Assembly: GCA_913058025.1 (NCBI GenBank)
Contig: CAJXPN010000001.1
Span: 1 to 27,385 of the forward strand
Reading direction: 5' to 3'
Source: an uncultured Myxococcales bacterium
GTDB taxonomy: Bacteria; Myxococcota_A; Bradymonadia; Bradymonadales; Bradymonadaceae
DNA length: 27,385 bases
Position 1 is the first letter of the stretch; the number at the start of each line of letters is the position of its first letter. A program made the translations under genes and the position numbers. Positions 7,885-14,421 of this stretch are shown here, piece by piece. The notes below the pieces were generated by a model, which was not told where the DNA came from, did not search any database, and worked only from the letters and a program-made list of their open reading frames with translations.

Positions 7885-9255
7885 TCAGTCCGTCGTGTTC
7901 GACGTCAGCGTCGTCATGCCTGTCTCCTCGTCGTACTTGACGTGGATCGTGAGGTGCTCCTTGCCCTTCGAGAAGTGCATCCAACGCGCGTTGCTGGGGA
8001 GGCCCTCGCCCTGGCTCTTGTACACCTGGCCGATGGTGTCGTGGATCTCGCTGAGCTTCCAACCCTTCCTGCTCAGGTCGTCGACGTAGTGCTCGATGAC
8101 CTGAACCGGTGAGCGCTTCACGCGCAGCACGTCCGAGGCGTAGTTGCTCTCGCGGCCGTTGCCCTTGAATGAGAGTGCGCGCTGGCACCCGTCGCACTTC
8201 TCGAACGCGCTGGTGCGCGCCGCCGAGTCCGGCAGGTCCTGAGAGCTGGCGAGCGAGAGGTCGAAGTCCTCGTCGCTCCACATCGCCGTGACCGCGCTCG
8301 AGCCGCTCTCCTTGTCGTAGAACGCCTCGATCTGGCGGACCGCGCGGATCCTGGACTCGAACTGCTCCGTGGACTCCTTGGCGAACTCCTGGAACAGCGT
8401 GTTGACCTGGGGGCAGCCGAGCAGCGACTTGTCCGCCTCGAAGATCGCCTTCATCGCGTCCATCTTGCGCGCCGTGTTCGCGTACGCGTCCTGCTCCTCG
8501 TTGCAGACCCCGCCCGAGCAGGTCGTCTTCTCCTGCTTGTCGAGCGCCATCCCGAGCTTCGTCGCGGCCTGCTGCATCTCGCCGTCGGCCTCGACCGCGC
8601 GCTCGACCTCCGTGTCGAAGTAGGTCTCGTCTCCGCCACAAGAGACGTAGGCAGTGCGGAACTTCTGGCCGTACTTCTCGAGCTTGGCCGTGCGCTGCGC
8701 CATCGTCTCCTTGAGCGCACCATCACCCTGCTCGGACGGGTGCGCGTACTCCGCGCCTCCCATCGACATGTAGTTGTTCGTGATCATCTGCGGCAGGATC
8801 TCTCCGTTCGCGGCGGCCTCGTACATCTCCTGGAGGTCCTCGGAGGGCTTCTCCTGGGAGTTCTCGTCGGCGAGCTCGTGCGCGAGCGCAGGGACGAGGT
8901 GTTGGCGGCTGTTGACGCCCTGCACGACGAACGCTTCCTGGTAGTCCTGGAGAAGATCCTCGGGGGTCTTGCCCATGACCTCTCGGGTCGAGAAGTAGAC
9001 CGTGTTTCCGTTGAAGTCGTAGACGCGCGGAGGCTCGTGACCCATCTTCTCCAGGGCCGCGGTGAACTTCTGCGTCGACGACCGGTCGGTCAGCTGAGTC
9101 GTCACGATGTCTGCGTGGCCCTCGCTCACCAGCGTGATTCCGTCGTCTTGCGACGACTCCTGGGGCGGGTTCAGCGTCAGAATCGCTCCCCCGGCGCCCG
9201 CGATCACGAGCATCGTCAAGCCGACCCTCGCTGCTCCTGTCATGAGTTCTCTCAT
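7885..9255 (-). CDS. Hypothetical exported/membrane-anchored protein, last gene of the Tad pseudopilin operon (about 456 aa)
   Basis: Long ORF with native codon usage; AGGAG RBS before ATG 9255 (alternative ATG 9276 overlaps the upstream stop); one N-terminal hydrophobic segment (VGLTMLVIAGAGGAILTL); 6 Cys; no recognisable catalytic motif. Confidence 0.8.
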   Translation of the reverse strand: MRELMTGAARVGLTMLVIAGAGGAILTLNPPQESSQDDGITLVSEGHADIVTTQLTDRSSTQKFTAALEKMGHEPPRVYDFNGNTVYFSTREVMGKTPEDLLQDYQEAFVVQGVNSRQHLVPALAHELADENSQEKPSEDLQEMYEAAANGEILPQMITNNYMSMGGAEYAHPSEQGDGALKETMAQRTAKLEKYGQKFRTAYVSCGGDETYFDTEVERAVEADGEMQQAATKLGMALDKQEKTTCSGGVCNEEQDAYANTARKMDAMKAIFEADKSLLGCPQVNTLFQEFAKESTEQFESRIRAVRQIEAFYDKESGSSAVTAMWSDEDFDLSLASSQDLPDSAARTSAFEKCDGCQRALSFKGNGRESNYASDVLRVKRSPVQVIEHYVDDLSRKGWKLSEIHDTIGQVYKSQGEGLPSNARWMHFSKGKEHLTIHVKYDEETGMTTLTSNTTD

Positions 9256-9269
9256 AGTCTGCTCCTGGG

Positions 9270-10067
9270 TCAGCATTTCCACGTCGCTTTCTTGACACCC
9301 AGGACATTGCCCAGGCAGGCGGACTCTTTCTGCGCCGGGATTCGCGAGAAGCCGACCGTCACCAACTCGTTGACGATGCTGCCTCCCACTCCAGCGGGCG
9401 AGACCATCACGTCGTAACCGTTCTCGTAGCTGTAGTTGAACCTGCCGATGCTGCCGCTTCGGGACGCGCTGCCCGCCGCGGTGCCGTAGCGAATGCCCGC
9501 ACCCTGCGCGTGGCGCGAGCCACCGATCGAGTAGGGAACCGACAGCGCGAACACCACGATTCGTCCGCTCGGGAACGGCAACGGATCAAAGATCTTCGAG
9601 TCCGACGTCATCTTCTTGGCGAAGTCCGCGCCCTCTTTGGGCACCGCGGGCGGGTTGCCCTTGGCGGCGCTCTTCCACCAACTCGCCGTACGCTCAGCCT
9701 GCTTCAGGTGGCCCTGGAACAGCCCGATCGATGAGAGCATCTGCGGGAGATCTCCTCCCGGGCTCGAGTGGCTCGAGATCTCCCCGAGCTCGTTCACTGC
9801 CGCCATGATCGGCATCGAGTGATCGAAACCTGGAAACATATCGTTCTTGGTGTTGTGCACCGGGATCGCTTCATTCCACGTCGCACGCACCGCGGCGAGC
9901 TTCGTACGCACGCTCTCCTTCTCCATCCTCGTCAGGCTCCCCACGCCCGCGAAGATGATGATGAACACCGGCAGCGTAATCACGAACTCCGTCAGAGACG
10001 TGCCGCGCTGATCACGATCGAACCCACGCAGTAACGAGAGCATTTTCTTCTTCATTTTCGTCCTCAT
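9270..10067 (-). CDS. TadE/TadG-like type IVc pseudopilin (minor pilin)
   Basis: Prepilin motif FDRDQRG|TSLTEFVITLPVFIIIFAGV with Glu at +5 and a hydrophobic alpha1; C-terminal Cys pair (ESAC...TWKC). The start could be 10067 or 10055. Confidence 0.85.
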   Translation of the reverse strand: MRTKMKKKMLSLLRGFDRDQRGTSLTEFVITLPVFIIIFAGVGSLTRMEKESVRTKLAAVRATWNEAIPVHNTKNDMFPGFDHSMPIMAAVNELGEISSHSSPGGDLPQMLSSIGLFQGHLKQAERTASWWKSAAKGNPPAVPKEGADFAKKMTSDSKIFDPLPFPSGRIVVFALSVPYSIGGSRHAQGAGIRYGTAAGSASRSGSIGRFNYSYENGYDVMVSPAGVGGSIVNELVTVGFSRIPAQKESACLGNVLGVKKATWKC

Positions 10068-10083
10068 CCTCGCCCTCGCGTGA

Positions 10084-11502
10084 TCACTTGTGGAGGCCAT
10101 CGTACAGGTACTTGCTGTCGCTGTTCCCGTGCTTGTTCTCGCTGTCCATCGCCTTGAACGCGTTGTTCGCGTGCATGTAGAGGTCCATGATGAAGTCCAT
10201 GCCCATCGCGTTGAAGTTCAGGCCCATCGGCCCCGACATGAACAGCATGTTGCTGCCGTTCTCGCCCGAGCCCCTGTTCGCCTTGAACATGTCCTCGAAC
10301 TTCACCGGGATCTTCTCGTTCGGGAGCACCACGGGGCGCAGCTTCCCTATCCAACCCGGGTGGAACATCCACATGTCGTGGTCGCCGTCCATGAGCGGGA
10401 GCGTCCAGGGCTTGTTGTTCTCCGGGAAGATGAACTCGCCTCGCGCCATCGCCCATGTCCCGCCCGAGGACTTGTACCCGAAGTAGGCTCCAGAGCGCCG
10501 ATCCACGGTCTGCTTCTTCATGTAGTTGTAGTTGTCGTTGAGCTTGTTCGCCATGTCCGGGTTGTAGCGGTACGTGAACATCATGTTCGACTTACGCATC
10601 AGGTCCCGGCCATCGTCGCCATCGGCGTCGTTGTACCAGGGCTTCATCTGCCTGGGCCCCAGGGCCCACATGAAGAGGCAGCCCATGTACGAGTAGGCGA
10701 TGCTCGCGACCTCGCGCGGGCCCTTCCTGGCCCACAGCGGCTTCGAGCTGCTCAGGCGCTTGTGCTCCTCGAAGTTCATCATCCACTCGAGCAGCGTGAT
10801 CGGCGTCGAGGGGTTGCTCCCGATCAGCGGGATGGGGTCCAGACAGACCTCCATCTTCCCGCCTTCCTTGAGCGGGAGCTCCGACTTGAACGAGGTCGTG
10901 TTCGGGTGCGGGTACGTTCCCACCATGTCCGAGCCGTTGCGCAGCGACCGCTGGAGCCCCTCGCCCATGGCCCAGAAACCCGAGTACGTCTTCATCGACT
11001 TCTGGTAGCTGTCCAGGTCCTTCAGGTTCTTGATGATCTTCGAACTCCCGAACATCCCGATGACGTACCTGATGTACTTGATGCCCGCGGTGATGGGCAC
11101 CAGCGACGCCCAGTTGCCCGAGCAGTTCAGGCACGCCGTCCAGCAGCCGCAGAACCAACCACAGCAGCAACGCGAGCACTGACCCGCCAGCCACCCCATG
11201 TACATGGGGTACTGGAACGCATACATGTTGTGGATGCCCGTCACCGTGCGCTTGCCGATGTTCGAGAACGCGATCGTGTTCATCGAACGCGCTCGCACCG
11301 ACACCTGACTGTACGCCCCTGTGTCGGCGGCCATCTGCGCGTCTATCTTGTCGCGCGCGGCCTCCCCCGAGTCGTAGATCAGCAGACCTATCATGAACAG
11401 AATCAGGATCGAGGCCATGCACAGCATCGCCACGGCACCTCCCTCATCCCTGTCGAAGCGACCGAGCGCGCCGAGCAATCTTTCCTGTAGTGACTGTATC
11501 AT
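10084..11502 (-). CDS. TadG-like (Tad domain) pilus-assembly/tip protein, 472 aa
   Basis: FDRDEGG|AVAMLCMASILILFMIGLLIYDSG...DAQMAADTGAYS...ARSMNTIAFSN is the typical Tad N-terminal pattern (G|hydrophobic helix, D-x-G, Q-x-A-A-D-x-A-A/G). Confidence 0.85.
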   Translation of the reverse strand: MIQSLQERLLGALGRFDRDEGGAVAMLCMASILILFMIGLLIYDSGEAARDKIDAQMAADTGAYSQVSVRARSMNTIAFSNIGKRTVTGIHNMYAFQYPMYMGWLAGQCSRCCCGWFCGCWTACLNCSGNWASLVPITAGIKYIRYVIGMFGSSKIIKNLKDLDSYQKSMKTYSGFWAMGEGLQRSLRNGSDMVGTYPHPNTTSFKSELPLKEGGKMEVCLDPIPLIGSNPSTPITLLEWMMNFEEHKRLSSSKPLWARKGPREVASIAYSYMGCLFMWALGPRQMKPWYNDADGDDGRDLMRKSNMMFTYRYNPDMANKLNDNYNYMKKQTVDRRSGAYFGYKSSGGTWAMARGEFIFPENNKPWTLPLMDGDHDMWMFHPGWIGKLRPVVLPNEKIPVKFEDMFKANRGSGENGSNMLFMSGPMGLNFNAMGMDFIMDLYMHANNAFKAMDSENKHGNSDSKYLYDGLHK

Positions 11503-11577
11503 CGATTCACCGACTTTTGTTTCGTACCTGTCTTTGTCACGTCGCTAACGCGCGACCCTTCCAACGCCTGCTCTTGC

Positions 11578-12609
11578 TCAGTCCATCGTGGGATACTTGG
11601 GCAGCGTGAAGTTGCGCCGCATGACATGGTAGTTGCCGTAGGCGCCCGTGCCGTTGCCCCCGTAGCAACCACGCGCGCGCTTCTCGCCGAACATGTAACC
11701 GAACCAGGGGAACAGGATCGGGAAGAGGTACTCGAACTCGACACCCACACGGCCTCCCGTGTTCACGACCTTGTACTGCTGCTTGTCGAAGCACATGTAG
11801 GCCGCGGTCATCTTGCGCGAGGCCCTCTTCCACGCCGAGCCGCCCTGGTCGAACGCCACGCTGAACGCGGAGTCCTTGACGATGTTCCTCGAGACGTTGA
11901 GGTCGAACGAGGCCCACTGCGCCTGGTTCCACCGCTGGCCCTCGGGCAGGACGCCGAACTTGTTGAACGCTCCGGCCATCACCGATCGCACGCGGCGGAA
12001 GTCGTCGTTCGAGCCGTCCGACTCGACGCGGCCGATGTGGAACGCGTTGGGGGCCGTCGGCGCCATGACTATGGCGGAGGCCGTCTTGGCCCGCTCGCGC
12101 ACCGTGACGTCCCACGTCGCGCCAGAGGCCGGCGGCGCTCTGTCCAGCTCGGTCTCGGGATGCCAGATCTGCGCCGTCCTGGCGCCCTGGTAGACCGCGA
12201 TGTCGGCGAGCAGCGCGCCGATGTTGAGCAGCGAGAGCTGCGCGATCCCGCTCGTGAGTGAGAGGAAGGGCACCAGGACGATGAGCGTCTCCACCATCAC
12301 CGTGCCACGCGCCTTTCGGATCACGCGCTTCGCGCTCGTCCCCTTGCGCGCCTTCCACGACCGGTAGGCGAGCATACATGTCGCGTACACCCCCACGCCG
12401 ATGCCCACCTGGAGCGCGATCTTGGTCCACGACATCTCGAGTACGCCCGAACTCATCGCGTCCACGACCAGTGCGATCGTGAACCGGTCGAGCATCGGCG
12501 CGCTCACGAGCGCCACCACGAGCAGCGCGCCCAGGACGTGGAATACACCCTCGGCAGCCCACCCGAGCGCCCTGGAAGTCGTCCCTCTCTTCACCCTATC
12601 GACGTTCAT
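11578..12609 (-). CDS. TadE-like pseudopilin with a long N-terminal membrane extension (about 343 aa)
   Basis: Internal motif RKARG|TVMVETLIVLVPFL...LADIAVYQGARTA matches TadE (E5; A-x2-G-A-R). ATG 12609 has a GAGGTG RBS overlapping the upstream stop. The ORF-track extension to 12837 overlaps the upstream gene and is rejected. Confidence 0.8.
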   Translation of the reverse strand: MNVDRVKRGTTSRALGWAAEGVFHVLGALLVVALVSAPMLDRFTIALVVDAMSSGVLEMSWTKIALQVGIGVGVYATCMLAYRSWKARKGTSAKRVIRKARGTVMVETLIVLVPFLSLTSGIAQLSLLNIGALLADIAVYQGARTAQIWHPETELDRAPPASGATWDVTVRERAKTASAIVMAPTAPNAFHIGRVESDGSNDDFRRVRSVMAGAFNKFGVLPEGQRWNQAQWASFDLNVSRNIVKDSAFSVAFDQGGSAWKRASRKMTAAYMCFDKQQYKVVNTGGRVGVEFEYLFPILFPWFGYMFGEKRARGCYGGNGTGAYGNYHVMRRNFTLPKYPTMD

Positions 12610-12614
12610 TTCGC

Positions 12615-14129
12615 TCACCTCGGTGCCTTGCGCGAGCCGCGCTGCTTCGTGCTCATTTTGTTGAACTCTTTCATGGCGTCGCCCACCCCGGCCATCTTTT
12701 CGTCGTAGTCGGGGTGCTCGGCCCGCAGCGCTTCCATGTTCGCCGCGTTCTCCTTGCTCCCCTCCATCTTGAGCTGCATCTCCTGCATGCCCTCGTAACT
12801 CTTCTCCATCCTGCCCTTGCCTCCGCCATCGCCCCACTGCTGGTACTGCAGCTGAGCCATCCGAGCGTTGACCGCAGACTGCATCTTCCTCAGGTCCGAC
12901 GCGTTGTAGTTCGTCACGCCCTTGCCGCGGTTGGTGACGATGTGCTTGGAGAAGGCCTCGAGGTCACCCTTCGACACGGCGTCGGAGATCGAGCTCTTCC
13001 CGATCTGGTTGCCGAGCCTGGCGCGCTCGTCCTGGTCCACGGCCTGGAGCTTGGCCAGGTAGACCTGCAACTCGAGCACGGCCGTGTCGAGCTGCGCCTG
13101 GCACATCAAGCCGTCCAGGTCCGCCACGGTCCCGAGGTCCTCGCCCAACCTCGCGCAGACCTTGGCCAGCGAAGGCGTCGAGGTCTTGACCTCCGGGGTC
13201 AGGCACTCCTCATGCTCGGTGAGCACGTACCTGAGCACCTCCAGCGTCTCCGACGTCGCGCTGTCGTCGACCACCAGGGCGCACACCCTCTCGAGCGTCC
13301 CCCGCTTGATCGCGTCCGCGCCGAGGTCGAGCTGCTGGATCTGCTCCTTGGTGACCGTCGTGCGCAGACCGAAGCTCGCCGCGAGCAGCTCATCCTCGAC
13401 CCCGAGGGCGTAGATCGAGTCCTCGCTGGGCTCGATCCTCGTCCACATGACGACGCCCTTGCCGAGCTCGTCCACGAGCTGCTCCACGCAGCACGCCCGC
13501 GTCCCCTCATGCCCCGCGCCGAGCGCGCAGCCGAGGAGCATCGCGCCCTTGACGTCTCGCTTCACCTCGAGCTGCTTGAGCGAGTCGGCCTGCGTGCAGA
13601 CCGCCTCGTCCGTGCTCATCATCATGACCTGGTGCCACTGGTTGGCGAGCTGGCGAACCAGCTCGTCCATCTGCTCGTACTCCGGCGCCGAGGCCATACA
13701 CGCCGTCGCCATCGCGGGGCTCGTGTTCATCAGGCTGAAGACCTCGTCGACCTCCACGTTTGTGCGCAGCATCTTCCCGCACGCTTCCAGGCGCACTCCC
13801 TCGTCCTCGTCGTCCAGCGCCTTCTTGAGCGCCGGCCCCTCGGCCACCGCCCTGAGCATCTCGGTGCGCACCTGAGGCACGCTCCACACGCCCGGCACCA
13901 TCCCGATCACCACCGAGAGCATCACGACGCCCATCATCAGGCCCATGCCTCGCTCGTCGCTGCGCAGCGTCGGGCTCACCGCGAACGCCACTCCGATCAA
14001 CGCCGGACAGATCGCCACGAGCCCCACGATGAGGGGCTGCGTCGGCGGCATCCAGGCCTCGACCACGTACAGCATGAAGCCGATAGTGGCTGCGATTCCT
14101 GTGAATATGACGGCTGCGATTGCCTGCAT
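12615..14129 (-). CDS. Hypothetical membrane protein: three N-terminal TM helices plus a Cys-rich alpha-helical (HEAT-like) domain; first gene of the Tad pseudopilin operon (about 504 aa)
   Basis: Three hydrophobic segments in the first ~85 aa; LKKALDDEDEGVRLEAC resembles a HEAT/PBS-lyase repeat; 10 Cys in the soluble part; stop codon 5 nt before the tadE-like start. Confidence 0.75.
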   Translation of the reverse strand: MQAIAAVIFTGIAATIGFMLYVVEAWMPPTQPLIVGLVAICPALIGVAFAVSPTLRSDERGMGLMMGVVMLSVVIGMVPGVWSVPQVRTEMLRAVAEGPALKKALDDEDEGVRLEACGKMLRTNVEVDEVFSLMNTSPAMATACMASAPEYEQMDELVRQLANQWHQVMMMSTDEAVCTQADSLKQLEVKRDVKGAMLLGCALGAGHEGTRACCVEQLVDELGKGVVMWTRIEPSEDSIYALGVEDELLAASFGLRTTVTKEQIQQLDLGADAIKRGTLERVCALVVDDSATSETLEVLRYVLTEHEECLTPEVKTSTPSLAKVCARLGEDLGTVADLDGLMCQAQLDTAVLELQVYLAKLQAVDQDERARLGNQIGKSSISDAVSKGDLEAFSKHIVTNRGKGVTNYNASDLRKMQSAVNARMAQLQYQQWGDGGGKGRMEKSYEGMQEMQLKMEGSKENAANMEALRAEHPDYDEKMAGVGDAMKEFNKMSTKQRGSRKAPR

Positions 14130-14218
14130 GATTTCCACGCGAGAGTTTGCGTTCGGTGCTCGCAGAGGACTGCGGTACACACCCGATGACGGGAGAGTTG
14201 GGAGGGGAAGTCCCTACT

Positions 14219-14247
14219 AAACTACCGAATCACATGGGGGAAAACAA
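14219..14247 (-). promoter_or_regulatory. Candidate sigma70 promoter for the Tad pseudopilin operon
   Basis: Minus strand TTGTTT (14247-14242), 17 nt, TAGTTT (14224-14219), with an A/T-rich tract immediately upstream. It sits in the divergent intergenic region; the consensus match is only moderate. Confidence 0.4.
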
Positions 14248-14339
14248 TGAAAAATGGCGGCTTACGGGTCTCCTCGCGATCTCCCCGGAGGCGCGGCTTC
14301 AGGGGCACGTCATCGATCGGAGGACGATCGTCACTCCCT

Positions 14340-14367
14340 TTGACTCACCCATAACCGGCATGACAAT
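14340..14367 (+). promoter_or_regulatory. Candidate sigma70 promoter for mutS
   Basis: TTGACT (14340-14345), 16 nt, GACAAT (14362-14367), about 55 nt upstream of the mutS ATG. Confidence 0.42.
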
Positions 14368-14421
14368 CTTCCCGCGCTGTCCCCGCCCAACGCTCAACAA
14401 CCCCTGCGCCCACACGACGTC

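Noticed and set aside
7885-11502. Tad cassette as a recently acquired genomic island because of lower GC
   Set aside because: Third-codon positions remain G/C-rich, and there is no integrase, tRNA, IS or flanking direct repeat. Amino-acid composition explains the dip.
12610-12837. N-terminal extension of the TadE-like ORF to 12837
   Set aside because: It overlaps the 3' end of the upstream gene in another frame and has a low-information composition. ATG 12609 has an RBS coupled to the upstream stop.
14232-14239. Sigma32-like -10 element CCCCATGT on the minus strand
   Set aside because: No CTTGAA-like -35 at the required spacing, and it falls in the spacer of a plausible sigma70 promoter.
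14130-14421. Possible small flp pilin gene or ncRNA in the Tad/mutS intergenic region
   Set aside because: There is no short ORF with a G|xxxxEY hydrophobic pilin pattern on either strand, and no recognisable RNA family features. The region is explained by divergent promoters.
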